Sequence record: OQ689735.1
Source of the DNA: Escherichia phage 4E10
DNA length: 64,000 bases
Direction: 5' to 3' (one strand)
Below, piece by piece: positions 40,719 to 50,837 of this stretch (position 1 is its first letter; the number at the start of each line of letters is the position of its first letter). A program made the translations under genes and the position numbers. Under the pieces are notes generated by a model. The model had not been told where the DNA came from and searched no databases. It was given only the letters and a program-made list of their open reading frames with translations.

Positions 40719-42983
40719 TCATAATTTACAGGATGAACAATCTTCAGCTTTTGGAGTTTCTATTTCATAATCATCAGTACCAGAACCATCACGGGTATTA
40801 TGATAATAGAAATTTTTTCCGCCAAAATACCAAAAATACAAAAGGTCATCAATCATTATTGACATTGGAACCTTGCCTTTAGGGTAGATTTGGGGGTCAT
40901 AATATGTATTCGCTGAAGCTGATTGACACACCCATTTCAGCATAATAGCTACCTGCGTAAGATAAGGTTTATTACCTTTCTTAGCTAATTTCCATGTATA
41001 ATCATAGAGGTCTATGTTATGCTCAATATTGGGCACGACTTGATTAAAGGAGCCCTCTTTTGATTCTTTAACAGAGACTGGTCCACGTGGAGGCTCGATA
41101 CCGTTTGTACTGTTAGAAACTTGGGAAGATGACTCACATGGCATAAGTGCTGATAATGTGCTATTACGGATGCCAAAGAGCTTAAGGTCTTCCCGCAGCG
41201 ACGACCAGTCACAAACGTATTTTGGAGCTGCGATTTGGTCAATCTTTTTATTGTACCAGTCGATAGGTAATTCGCCTCGAGACCAACGAGTGTCTGAATA
41301 ATATTCGCAAGGTCCTTTTTCTTTGGCGAGCTTAATGGATGCTTTAATGAGTCCATACTGTAATCTCTCAAATAGTTCATGTGTTAAATCGTTAGCATCT
41401 TCATAAGAAGCAAAGTTACTTGCCAGCCAAGCTGCATAGTTAGTAACACCTACACCGAGGTTACGACGCTTTTTAGCTTTTTCTGCTTCAGGAACTGGAT
41501 ATCCTTGGTAATCCAAAAGATTATCAAGAGCACGAACTTGAACTTCTGCCAATTCATTAATTTTATCTTGGTCTTGCCAATCGAAGTTATCCAACACAAA
41601 TGCAGATAACGTGCACAAGCCAATTTCAGCATCAGGACTATTCACATCATTTGTTGGAATAGCAATTTCACAGCACAAGTTACTCTGACGAATAGGTGCC
41701 TTTTCACGAATAAACGGAGTATAGTTATTCGTATTATCAATGAACTGTACATAAATCCTTGCTGTTCCTGAACGTTCAGTCATGAGCAATTCAAATAGTT
41801 CACGGGCTTTAATACGCTTTTTACGAATATTAGGGTCTTTTTCTGCTGCTTCGTATAATTCACGGAAACGGTCTTGGTCTTTAAAATAAGAATAATAAAG
41901 CTCGCCACCCATTTCATGCGGACTGAACAAAGTAATGTAATCGTTCTTTCCGAATCGTTCCATCATCAAATCATTCAGCTGAACACCATAATCCATATGA
42001 CGAATGCGGTTTTCTTCTACACCTTTGTTATTTTTCAAAACGAGAAGATTTTCAACTTCCAAATGCCAAATAGGATAATAAGCAGTAGCAGCGCCGCCAC
42101 GAATTCCACCCTGTGAGCATGATTTAACAGCAGTCTGAAAATGTTTCCAAAAAGGAATAACACCAGTATGGCGTACTTCACCCATGCCAATCTTAGAACC
42201 TTCAGCACGAATCATACCAACGTTAATACCAATTCCAGCGCGTTTAGAGATATATTCAACAATCGAAGCGGAAGCCTTATTGATAGACTTCAGCGAATCA
42301 CCTGCCTCAATAACAACACATGAACTAAACTGTCGAGTCGGAGTACGACAACCAGCCATAATAGGAGTTGGCAATGAAATCTGTCGAGTAGATACTGCTT
42401 CATAAAAACGAATAACATGTTTTAATCTATCAACAGGTTCATCTTGATGCAATGCCATTCCAATAGTCATAAATGCAAACTGTGGAGTTTCATAAATTTG
42501 ACCAGTGGTTTTATCTTTAACTAGATATTTTTCTTTTAATTGCATCGCCCCGGAATAAGTAAATTCCATATCCCGCTCGTGCTTAATTTTTGATTCTAAA
42601 AATGTAATTTCTTCTGCTGAATATTTTGACAATAATTCAGGGTCATATTTACCTTCATTTACACAGTAAGAAATATGGTCAATAAATGAACGTGGTTCAT
42701 ACTGCCCATAAACATGCTTACGAAGAGCAAACATTAAACAGCGTGCAGCTACATATTGATAATCAGGTTCTTCAACCGAAATAGAATTCGCAGCGGCCTT
42801 AATGACAATAGTCTGAATATCATCAGTTGTCATTCCATCACGGAGATAAGATTTAATATTTTCATATAATTCATAAGGATCTACTGATGTTCCTTCAGCT
42901 GCCCAAGATAAAACTTTAATAATTTTTTGTGGGTCAAAGCTCTGAGAAACACCACTACTTTTGATAACATTAATTAATTGCAT
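40719..42983 (-). CDS. nrdA: ribonucleotide reductase large (alpha) subunit NrdA
   Basis: 754-aa ORF, size of T4 NrdA; class Ia RNR motifs incl. C-terminal redox cysteines (CSSCKL). Confidence 0.95.
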   Translation of the reverse strand: MQLINVIKSSGVSQSFDPQKIIKVLSWAAEGTSVDPYELYENIKSYLRDGMTTDDIQTIVIKAAANSISVEEPDYQYVAARCLMFALRKHVYGQYEPRSFIDHISYCVNEGKYDPELLSKYSAEEITFLESKIKHERDMEFTYSGAMQLKEKYLVKDKTTGQIYETPQFAFMTIGMALHQDEPVDRLKHVIRFYEAVSTRQISLPTPIMAGCRTPTRQFSSCVVIEAGDSLKSINKASASIVEYISKRAGIGINVGMIRAEGSKIGMGEVRHTGVIPFWKHFQTAVKSCSQGGIRGGAATAYYPIWHLEVENLLVLKNNKGVEENRIRHMDYGVQLNDLMMERFGKNDYITLFSPHEMGGELYYSYFKDQDRFRELYEAAEKDPNIRKKRIKARELFELLMTERSGTARIYVQFIDNTNNYTPFIREKAPIRQSNLCCEIAIPTNDVNSPDAEIGLCTLSAFVLDNFDWQDQDKINELAEVQVRALDNLLDYQGYPVPEAEKAKKRRNLGVGVTNYAAWLASNFASYEDANDLTHELFERLQYGLIKASIKLAKEKGPCEYYSDTRWSRGELPIDWYNKKIDQIAAPKYVCDWSSLREDLKLFGIRNSTLSALMPCESSSQVSNSTNGIEPPRGPVSVKESKEGSFNQVVPNIEHNIDLYDYTWKLAKKGNKPYLTQVAIMLKWVCQSASANTYYDPQIYPKGKVPMSIMIDDLLYFWYFGGKNFYYHNTRDGSGTDDYEIETPKAEDCSSCKL

Positions 42984-43300
42984 AAGTCCTCAACTTGAAA
43001 ATCGTCTTTAAACAATCGGTTAACTATATGAGCTATTATATCACCATGACACGGCTTTGGTTTACATGTGCATCCTAGCCTCATTCCACGTAAAGGCTCT
43101 AAATGTGCTTTAGTTATTTCTCCGGATTTAATTCGACGTATAAAATCTTTTTTGAATAATTCAATGGCAGCCTCCCGGCTGCCAGCATCTTTACCGACGT
43201 AATTTCCCCAAAATGTACCACGGTGAATATTAACATCAAAGTCGGATTTATATTTATTCACTACTCGGCATATACGGCCTGCGCGGTTGTAAGTGTTCAT
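42974..43300 (-). CDS. small Cys/His-motif protein (nrdA.1 position)
   Basis: 108-aa ORF; motif [15 protein letters not shown] suggests metal-binding site. Confidence 0.55.
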   Translation of the reverse strand: MNTYNRAGRICRVVNKYKSDFDVNIHRGTFWGNYVGKDAGSREAAIELFKKDFIRRIKSGEITKAHLEPLRGMRLGCTCKPKPCHGDIIAHIVNRLFKDDFQVEDLCN

Positions 43301-43517
43301 ATTGTTCTTCCGTTAAAACAGTAATATCGTAGTAACAGTCAGAAGAAGTTTTAACTGTGGAAATTTTATTATCAAAATACTCACGAGTCATTTTATGAGT
43401 ATAATATTTTTTGCCATAAATGATAATAGGCTGATTTGGTCCTGGAACTTCTAACTCGCTTGGGTTAGGAAGTGTAAAAAGAACAACGTCAGAAGTATCT
43501 TTAAATCGTAAAATCAT
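43254..43517 (-). CDS. hypothetical protein (nrdA.2 position)
   Basis: 87-aa product from first ATG at 43517. Confidence 0.5.
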   Translation of the reverse strand: MILRFKDTSDVVLFTLPNPSELEVPGPNQPIIIYGKKYYTHKMTREYFDNKISTVKTSSDCYYDITVLTEEQYEHLQPRRPYMPSSE

Positions 43518-43537
43518 AAATCCTCGCAATAATAAAA

Positions 43538-44398
43538 TTATACCGCCATCTTTCCTTTAATTGGCGGGTGAGATACATAGTCGTTAAGAACAAAATTATG
43601 CGGCTTTGCGAATTGACTCAACCAAAATACCTGTGATTCTGTGTCCCATTCATCAAATTCATCTGGGAATTTTAATTGTAATTCGCATAAATCCATAGGT
43701 TCACGACATAAAATTTCTTTACATTGTTCTACGTGATTCATATAGATATGAGTATTACCACCAGAAAATATCAAATCTCCCGGAATAAGATTACACATCT
43801 TAGCTACAATATGAACTAACGTAGCATATGATGCAATATTAAATGGAAGACCGAGGAAAACATCTACCGAACGTTGATACCACTGAAGGTCAAGGTATCC
43901 ATTACGCACATTAAACTGATAGAACATATGACAAGGCGGTAATGCCATATATTTAAGTTCAGCTGGATTCCACGCAGAAACAATTTGACGCCTATCATTT
44001 GGCAGTTTTTTAATACGATCAATAACTTCTATAATTTGATCTACACCGCCAAAATCACGCCACTGTTTTCCATAAATTGGACCAAGTTCACCGCTATGGT
44101 ATCCTAAATCTTTTGCTTGATTTTCGTAATTTTCATCCCAGACTGTTTTGCCTTGAATTAATGAATCATGTTGAATTAATCGCAAATCATTGACATTTGT
44201 GCTTCCTGATAAAAACCATATTAGCTCAGCAATGCATGCATTCCAGGCGAGCTTTTTAGTTGTTACTGCAGGAAAACCTTTGGTTAAATCCCAACGCAAT
44301 TTAGTACCGAACAAAGCAATTGTTCCTGTGCCCGTTCGGTCATCGGTTTCATAGCCATTTTCAAAAATGTCTTTAATTAAATCTTGGTATTGTTTCAT
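43538..44398 (-). CDS. td: thymidylate synthase, uninterrupted
   Basis: 286-aa continuous ORF; ThyA active-site region [11 protein letters not shown]; same length as spliced T4 TS. Confidence 0.95.
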   Translation of the reverse strand: MKQYQDLIKDIFENGYETDDRTGTGTIALFGTKLRWDLTKGFPAVTTKKLAWNACIAELIWFLSGSTNVNDLRLIQHDSLIQGKTVWDENYENQAKDLGYHSGELGPIYGKQWRDFGGVDQIIEVIDRIKKLPNDRRQIVSAWNPAELKYMALPPCHMFYQFNVRNGYLDLQWYQRSVDVFLGLPFNIASYATLVHIVAKMCNLIPGDLIFSGGNTHIYMNHVEQCKEILCREPMDLCELQLKFPDEFDEWDTESQVFWLSQFAKPHNFVLNDYVSHPPIKGKMAV

Positions 44399-44443
44399 TT
44401 AGTACCTTATATAAATTATAATACATTTTATGAAGCTAAATAA

Positions 44444-44791
44444 TCAATACGGTTTAGCATCAAATTTTCTCTCAATTTCAGGCGTGAAATATAATTCTTT
44501 ACCGCGTTTGGAAAAGCGACCAATAATATGATAATTATTCTCATCAAACGTGATATTACCAATATCCATAGCTTTCAACCAAATATCGATATTTCTATCC
44601 AGCTTTATGTCAAAATTCCAATACGGAGAACTATTACCGAAAATACTACAAGCGGATTCAGTGAAACAACTGCTATAAATCTTGTCTTTAGGAACTACTA
44701 ATTGATAGACACCTTTAATAAACTGAGGACCCTGCCACTTTGGCTGTTTCTCATCTTTTTCTAATAGAATAGGGTAATAATTAAAATTCAT
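44444..44791 (-). CDS. hypothetical protein inserted between td and frd
   Basis: 115-aa ORF with ATG start; no motif recognised; not expected at this position from T4 gene order. Confidence 0.55.
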   Translation of the reverse strand: MNFNYYPILLEKDEKQPKWQGPQFIKGVYQLVVPKDKIYSSCFTESACSIFGNSSPYWNFDIKLDRNIDIWLKAMDIGNITFDENNYHIIGRFSKRGKELYFTPEIERKFDAKPY

Positions 44792-44810
44792 ATTTCCGCC
44801 GCGCGTTATT

Positions 44811-45730
<920 letters not shown>

Positions 45731-45822
45731 TATATTTTCCTCAAATTCATTTAAATCAAGATTATGCAATTTTTAAAGCATTGCATAATCGAATTCGTCA
45801 TTCATAAATTCAAAAACAAAAA

Positions 45823-46182
45823 TCATATTATCTCCCATTGAAAAGGGTCATGAGCATATCCGCTAGCGTCAATCATTTTAACTAAAGTTACCATTCCTTT
45901 GTTAACTGCTTGTGCGATTTCATCAAAAACTTCGTCACTATCGTCGTAAAGGTCATTAAAAAGTTCTAATACGTTCTTCTGAACTTTTAATTTACGGCCG
46001 ACAATTTCGCCTACAGTAAATTCGTTTCCGCCAAATCCAGCGTAAAATGTAATTACACCCATTAACTGGCTTTCACGGGAATCTATGTCGTGTGATAAAT
46101 TAATAAAAGCCGTCCCAGGCGCGGTTTTAAGTTGGCAACGAATTTTTACTTGGGTAATTCCAGTTATATGAATGTTAGACAT
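45823..46182 (-). CDS. hypothetical protein
   Basis: 119-aa ORF, ATG start with GAGAAA SD-like sequence. Confidence 0.55.
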   Translation of the reverse strand: MSNIHITGITQVKIRCQLKTAPGTAFINLSHDIDSRESQLMGVITFYAGFGGNEFTVGEIVGRKLKVQKNVLELFNDLYDDSDEVFDEIAQAVNKGMVTLVKMIDASGYAHDPFQWEII

Positions 46183-46192
46183 AATATTTTTC

Positions 46193-46435
46193 TCAAACAG
46201 ACTTTTTCACAATTTTCCAATCAGCTTTAAACTGTTCAACGTCAGAATGGTAAATCCAGAATCCTGCGCTTTCTCCATCCTCATAAAGAGGGCATCCATC
46301 ACATTCATCTTCCCATCCCATATCACGCAAAAGATGTTCAGCTTTTTCAACAAGTTCAGAATCTTTACCGATGATATTAAAATACCATTTACCTCTAACT
46401 TCTGAATCTTTGATGCTCTGGCGTTGTAATCTCAT
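46193..46435 (-). CDS. hypothetical protein
   Basis: 80-aa product from first ATG (track begins at TTG 46525 overlapping upstream gene). Confidence 0.45.
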   Translation of the reverse strand: MRLQRQSIKDSEVRGKWYFNIIGKDSELVEKAEHLLRDMGWEDECDGCPLYEDGESAGFWIYHSDVEQFKADWKIVKKSV

Positions 46436-46493
46436 TTTATTCTCCTCAAGTTGATAGGGTAATAGTATCACACTACTACCCTGTTGTAAACAA

Positions 46494-46754
46494 TTATTTT
46501 TGAATTTTATCGAGCCACTTACCAAGCTTAATCATTTCTTTAGTAGCCTTTTCCATACTTCTGAACTTAACCAATAGAGGATAGGTATCGACACCCATAA
46601 CTAAACTGGTTACAAGACTGTGTTCACCCACAAGCCATAACGAATACGTTTGAATATCGAGTCCGTAATTTCTGTCTTTATGGACCCGTACACCCATCAC
46701 TTCAAATTTCTCACTAGCTTTTTCTACCGCATCCAGGAAATCATCTTTAGTCAT
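46494..46754 (-). CDS. hypothetical protein
   Basis: 86-aa product from ATG at 46754 with AAGG SD (alternative ATG at 46796 lacks SD). Confidence 0.45.
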   Translation of the reverse strand: MTKDDFLDAVEKASEKFEVMGVRVHKDRNYGLDIQTYSLWLVGEHSLVTSLVMGVDTYPLLVKFRSMEKATKEMIKLGKWLDKIQK

Positions 46755-46755
46755 A

Positions 46756-47142
46756 TTAGGCCTTAAAAGTTTTTCGCAAAAGTTCAATGATTTCATCTAC
46801 ATTGTTTTCGTCAACAATGCAGTGAATTTTTGTTACGCCAGAAACTATACCTTCATTAGCGGATTGAGGCTTTTCTAAAGTTACCTCAGTAAAGTATTTG
46901 AATTCTTCAGAGTAAATCTCAAAATACGTCTCAAGTGGGCCACCCGCCATGTATTCAGTGCCGTCTTCCATAGTTACACGTACCACACAGTCACCAGCAC
47001 AATCATCACTTTCCATTTCATCTACAACAAAACTAGGTCCGTGCTTCTCTATTAAATTTAGCATCATTACATTGCAACGGCACTCGTTAGCAAAGTCATT
47101 TTTAAATAAAGGGTTAATGATATAAGTTTTTCCAACTTCCAC
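46756..47142 (-). CDS. hypothetical Cys-rich acidic protein
   Basis: 128-aa ORF initiating at GTG with strong GAGGAAA SD. Confidence 0.5.
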   Translation of the reverse strand: MEVGKTYIINPLFKNDFANECRCNVMMLNLIEKHGPSFVVDEMESDDCAGDCVVRVTMEDGTEYMAGGPLETYFEIYSEEFKYFTEVTLEKPQSANEGIVSGVTKIHCIVDENNVDEIIELLRKTFKA

Positions 47143-47162
47143 TTTGATTTCCTCATTTTAAC

Positions 47163-47181
47163 GGGGCTATCAAATAGCCCC
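47163..47181 (-). other. intercistronic 8-bp hairpin (GGGGCUAU-loop-AUAGCCCC)
   Basis: Perfect inverted repeat seen directly between two small ORFs, followed by SD of next gene rather than U-run. Confidence 0.45.
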
Positions 47182-47188
47182 TTGATAA

Positions 47189-47419
47189 TTATTGTTCAAT
47201 CAGTCCCATGTAAAATTCTGCGTCTTCAGAATCCATGCCATCGCAATATTCATTAGCCATAAAGCGGGTAAGGTCTTCAAGAGGACCTTCAATGACAATA
47301 GAAAAATTGCAATAATTGGGATCATCATGAATACTTGTGATACTAAGTTCAGGATAACGATTACGAATAATCTCTTCAATATATTCAAAATCAACGATGT
47401 CAATATCAACTTTAGCCAT
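47189..47419 (-). CDS. hypothetical acidic protein
   Basis: 76-aa product from ATG at 47419 with AAGAGGAAA SD. Confidence 0.5.
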   Translation of the reverse strand: MAKVDIDIVDFEYIEEIIRNRYPELSITSIHDDPNYCNFSIVIEGPLEDLTRFMANEYCDGMDSEDAEFYMGLIEQ

Positions 47420-47522
47420 ATTATTTTCCTCTTTAATCATCAGCAGTATTGCCGATAGTTGTATAGTACCATAAAGCCTTATGTTTGTAAACCGTTTTGT
47501 GAAAAATTTTTGAAATAAAAAA

Positions 47523-47541
47523 GGGGACCTCTAGGGTCCCC
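47523..47541 (-). terminator. gene 32 terminator hairpin (GGGGACC-loop-GGUCCCC) followed by U-run on - strand
   Basis: ggggacctctagggtcccc preceded on + strand by aaaaaa; lies 22 nt after gene 32 stop. Confidence 0.65.
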
Positions 47542-47563
47542 AATTAATTAGTAATATAATCTA

Positions 47564-48472
47564 TTAAAGGTCATTCAAAAGGTCATCCAGGTCCGTGTCA
47601 TCAGCACTAGATGAACTGCCAGAGCTTGAGCTCATAAAATCATCTTCAGTTTTTGTATTGAAGTCATCAACATTGAATGCATCCAAATCATCAGCAACTT
47701 TATCAGCTTTCTTAGCAGCAGTTGCAGCGGCACCGCCCATCACAGCAGTTCCCATAACTTGACTGAACTTAGTGCTCAGTTCTTCAAACGATTTGAATTT
47801 ATCTTTAGAAGTCATTTCAGAAAGGTCAACCATTTGTTCGAACAGTTCTTTCTGGAAAGATTCATCGTCAATGTTTGGAATCGCAGATTGATTCAGGAAT
47901 TTAGATTCGTCGTAGTTACTAAAACCAGAAACTTGTTTAACTTTCAGTACAAAGTTAGCACCTTCCCACGGACAAGTTACATCAACCGGAGTTTCACCCA
48001 TTTCAACATCAACTGCAATCATTGCATTGATTTTATCCCAGATTTTCTTACCGAAACGGTATTTAAATACTTTACCTTCATTTTCTGGAGCAGCTGGGTC
48101 TTTTACAACAAGAATGTTAGCCCAGTAAGAAGTTTTACGTTTAACAAGACTGTACTCTTTATTGTCAGTGTTGTACAGATCATTTTTACTGATGTATTGA
48201 CATACTGGGCAAGAATCGTAATCACCGTGAGTAGATGAACAGTTTTCAATATACCATTTACCATTTTTCTTGAAACCGTGATTTACAAGAATTGCAAATG
48301 GTGCTTGTTCATCATTTTTAGACGGAAGAAAACGAATTACTGCTTGACCGTTACCCGCATTATCGAGTTTCAGTTTCCACTCGCCTTTATCTTCAGAAGA
48401 AAAACCACCTTTATTTCCAGCCAGTTTAGCCATTTGTGCAGCGAGTTCAGCAGTAGATTTACGTTTAAACAT
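47564..48472 (-). CDS. 32: single-stranded DNA-binding protein gp32
   Basis: 302-aa ORF; [17 protein letters not shown]...; zinc-binding Cys/His cluster; acidic C-terminus; matches T4 gp32 from memory. Confidence 0.96.
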   Translation of the reverse strand: MFKRKSTAELAAQMAKLAGNKGGFSSEDKGEWKLKLDNAGNGQAVIRFLPSKNDEQAPFAILVNHGFKKNGKWYIENCSSTHGDYDSCPVCQYISKNDLYNTDNKEYSLVKRKTSYWANILVVKDPAAPENEGKVFKYRFGKKIWDKINAMIAVDVEMGETPVDVTCPWEGANFVLKVKQVSGFSNYDESKFLNQSAIPNIDDESFQKELFEQMVDLSEMTSKDKFKSFEELSTKFSQVMGTAVMGGAAATAAKKADKVADDLDAFNVDDFNTKTEDDFMSSSSGSSSSADDTDLDDLLNDL

Positions 48473-48540
48473 TTTTATTTCCTTTTTAATTTAATTAACA
48501 GTTGGTGCTATGACGATGTATGACCTCATAGCTGGTCAGT
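48473..48540 (-). promoter_or_regulatory. gene 32 translational operator (A/U-rich unstructured tract plus upstream structured element)
   Basis: minus-strand leader UUAAUUAAAUUAAAAAGGAAAUAAAA immediately 5-prime of gene 32 AUG, as known for T4 gene 32 autoregulation. Confidence 0.6.
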
Positions 48541-48555
48541 GAGATAATTATAATC

Positions 48556-48563
48556 TATTTATA
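48556..48563 (-). promoter_or_regulatory. late promoter motif TATAAATA on - strand upstream of gene 32
   Basis: tatttata on + strand 84 nt upstream of gene 32 ATG. Confidence 0.4.
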
Positions 48564-48571
48564 ATAAGCAA

Positions 48572-49225
48572 TTAATACTTACAAGATTTCACAGTTTCAA
48601 TGAAAACACTTTTAGCTTTCTGTGAATCAATATTTAAAATTTTTCTATAAGCCTTTAACTTTATAGAATAATTATTCCAGACTAAATTATCAGTCTGTTC
48701 ATCGTGTTTATCAATTATATTTAAAAACGAATCAAGCAAGATAAACGTTTCAAACGAAATTATGTTCGATTGAAGTAGTTTAAAAATATAGCTTGATTGA
48801 ACCTTTGGATTATACTCAAAGATTTCTTTAAAAGCAGAAACTTCAACTTTTTTACTAAAATAATAAATGTTGCGAATATCTTCTTCAAACTTAAATTTAA
48901 TTTGCTTTAAGCGCCCGATATATTCACGATAAAACACAAGTGCATCAGCGTCAGAGATGTCACCAATCCAAGCATCTTGGTTAGCAACCAAATTACTTAT
49001 AAAAATTAAAGCAAGTTCCTTTAATTTATATTTTTCTGATAACTTCTGGAAAAAATACTTATCCCTTCGCTTTTGATAAGCGGCATCAGACACCCGCATG
49101 CACCAATTATACTTAATTACATCATACTTTCCATTCATATGTTGTTTTATCATTAAGTATAATTTATAAACTGATTTACCATCAATATATCTTTCACCAC
49201 CAGCAGGCATGCGGAGTTTAATCAT
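48572..49225 (-). CDS. 59: helicase loader gp59
   Basis: 217-aa ORF; MIKLRMPAGGERYIDGKSVYKLYLMIKQHMNGKYDVIKYNWCMRV... matches T4 gp59 from memory. Confidence 0.93.
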   Translation of the reverse strand: MIKLRMPAGGERYIDGKSVYKLYLMIKQHMNGKYDVIKYNWCMRVSDAAYQKRRDKYFFQKLSEKYKLKELALIFISNLVANQDAWIGDISDADALVFYREYIGRLKQIKFKFEEDIRNIYYFSKKVEVSAFKEIFEYNPKVQSSYIFKLLQSNIISFETFILLDSFLNIIDKHDEQTDNLVWNNYSIKLKAYRKILNIDSQKAKSVFIETVKSCKY

Positions 49226-49560
49226 AGTAGAAAATCTAATGTATTAGTTTTTTCACAACGAACAACAGAAGGACGTAAAAGATTTTCGTCAATGGCTTCT
49301 GACTGAATTTTTTCAATTATACCCGAAGGAATAAATTTAGCAAATTGAGTTTCAGGAATAGAATTTTCTTCTAAGAATGCTGTTGTAGCTTCAAGATAAC
49401 TCATTCCAAACTCTTCTACCATTTTTTCAATAATAAATCCATTTTCTTGGCGGTCAAGAAGCTTTGCTATTTCATCCTTTTCTTTCTTAATTGAAAGTTC
49501 TTTTTCTGAAAGACCGGTCTCATCGACCGGACGAATATCATTTAGAGAAAACTGTGTCAT
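49222..49560 (-). CDS. 33: late transcription accessory protein gp33
   Basis: 112-aa product from ATG at 49560; MTQFSLNDIRPVDETGLSEKELSIKKEKDEIAKLL... matches T4 gp33 from memory. Confidence 0.9.
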   Translation of the reverse strand: MTQFSLNDIRPVDETGLSEKELSIKKEKDEIAKLLDRQENGFIIEKMVEEFGMSYLEATTAFLEENSIPETQFAKFIPSGIIEKIQSEAIDENLLRPSVVRCEKTNTLDFLL

Positions 49561-49807
49561 AAAGTTCAACTACCTCTTCAGTTTCAGCTTCAAACACATC
49601 ACGGTTATCTTTATGATACAAAGCTAATAGACGATTAAACATCTTACCATCAACGCCAAGTTCATCTTTGGCACGAATTCGAATATCTTTAATCAGTTCA
49701 TTATAACCGGAAATTTTCAGTTTATGATCAGATGCTTCTTTAATAAATTTAGCTAAGTCTTCGCCGTGGATAGCTTCATCAAATTCAACCATTTCTTTTT
49801 TAGTCAT
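49538..49807 (-). CDS. dsbA: dsDNA-binding protein DsbA (late transcription enhancer)
   Basis: 89-aa ORF, size and position of T4 DsbA; overlaps gene 33 start by 23 nt. Confidence 0.82.
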   Translation of the reverse strand: MTKKEMVEFDEAIHGEDLAKFIKEASDHKLKISGYNELIKDIRIRAKDELGVDGKMFNRLLALYHKDNRDVFEAETEEVVELYDTVFSK

Positions 49808-49815
49808 TATTCACC

Positions 49816-50733
49816 TCAAAATTCATTAATGCTATTAGTTAATTTAGAAAGACCCGCTTTTACAAAATATGAATAAATTTTGCCACGCGGTGGTAATTTA
49901 TATGAATTATAGTAATTCACAATGTTTGAAGCAATATTATCAGGAATATAATCAAAATCAATTAGAACTAAATTTTCTTTATAACGATTATATTCAGATT
50001 CTGTGAGAAGCACCTTAGCTTGCTCACGGTCATTAGCAATAGCTTCAACGATTGAAGTTTTCATTGAAGGAGTTCGTTCACCTTCAACTCTGGTAAACCA
50101 AAAGTCAGATCGTACTTTAACTGAAGCAACGTTATCCTTTTTGTCGCCTTTAAGGATTTTAGTCATACAGTCAATTTCAGCAGAACCGCTTTTAATTTTA
50201 ACCCATTTCTTATGCATCGGTGACCATTGCTTAACATTTGGGTATTTGTGAAGTTGAGTAAAGTCACCATCCGATGAAATGATTAAAATCTTATGTCCTT
50301 CTAAAGAGAACTTTTTAACAAGAACAGCAATGTGGTCATCTGCTTCATACTTATCAATATCCATAACAATGTATGGCATATAAGCTTTCAATTCATCTAT
50401 AACTTTATGGCTGGATTCAAAATAACCTTCCCAGTCCCAAGTCGATTCTTCTCGTGCTTTTCCACGGTTTTTCTTATAATAATACGCGAAATCACGACGC
50501 CAATATCCAGATTTCGCGTTATCAATACACAGTACAATTTTAGTGTATCCAAGCGTTTTTGCTTTTTTGACATTAAACTTAATTGAGTTCAATATCAAAT
50601 GACGAACCATTGATAAATTAATTTTTTCTTTATCTGGGAAGTTTACAAGAGCAGTTGAAAGCGCAATTTGACTAAAGTCAATAAAGCAAATTCCTTCTTT
50701 ATAATCTTCATCCAGCATCATTTCTAAATCCAT
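49816..50733 (-). CDS. rnh: RNase H (5-prime to 3-prime exonuclease / flap endonuclease)
   Basis: 305-aa product from ATG at 50733; MDLEMMLDEDYKEGICFIDFSQIALSTALVNFPDKEK... matches T4 RNase H from memory. Confidence 0.93.
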   Translation of the reverse strand: MDLEMMLDEDYKEGICFIDFSQIALSTALVNFPDKEKINLSMVRHLILNSIKFNVKKAKTLGYTKIVLCIDNAKSGYWRRDFAYYYKKNRGKAREESTWDWEGYFESSHKVIDELKAYMPYIVMDIDKYEADDHIAVLVKKFSLEGHKILIISSDGDFTQLHKYPNVKQWSPMHKKWVKIKSGSAEIDCMTKILKGDKKDNVASVKVRSDFWFTRVEGERTPSMKTSIVEAIANDREQAKVLLTESEYNRYKENLVLIDFDYIPDNIASNIVNYYNSYKLPPRGKIYSYFVKAGLSKLTNSINEF

Positions 50734-50762
50734 ATGAACCTCGTTCAATTAGTGAGATTTCT

Positions 50763-50792
50763 ATTATATACCATCCAAATCTTAAAGTAAAC
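50763..50792 (-). promoter_or_regulatory. T4-type early promoter (GTTTAC-N18-TATAAT) on - strand upstream of rnh
   Basis: minus-strand read GTTTACTTTAAGATTTGGATGGTATATAAT. Confidence 0.5.
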
Positions 50793-50795
50793 AAG

Positions 50796-50803
50796 TATAA
50801 ATA
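50796..50803 (+). promoter_or_regulatory. T4 late promoter motif TATAAATA upstream of gene 34
   Basis: Exact TATAAATA 35 nt upstream of gene 34 ATG; adjacent to divergent early promoter. Confidence 0.5.
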
Positions 50804-50837
50804 CTTATTATTGAAAACACAATAGGAGCCCGGGAGA

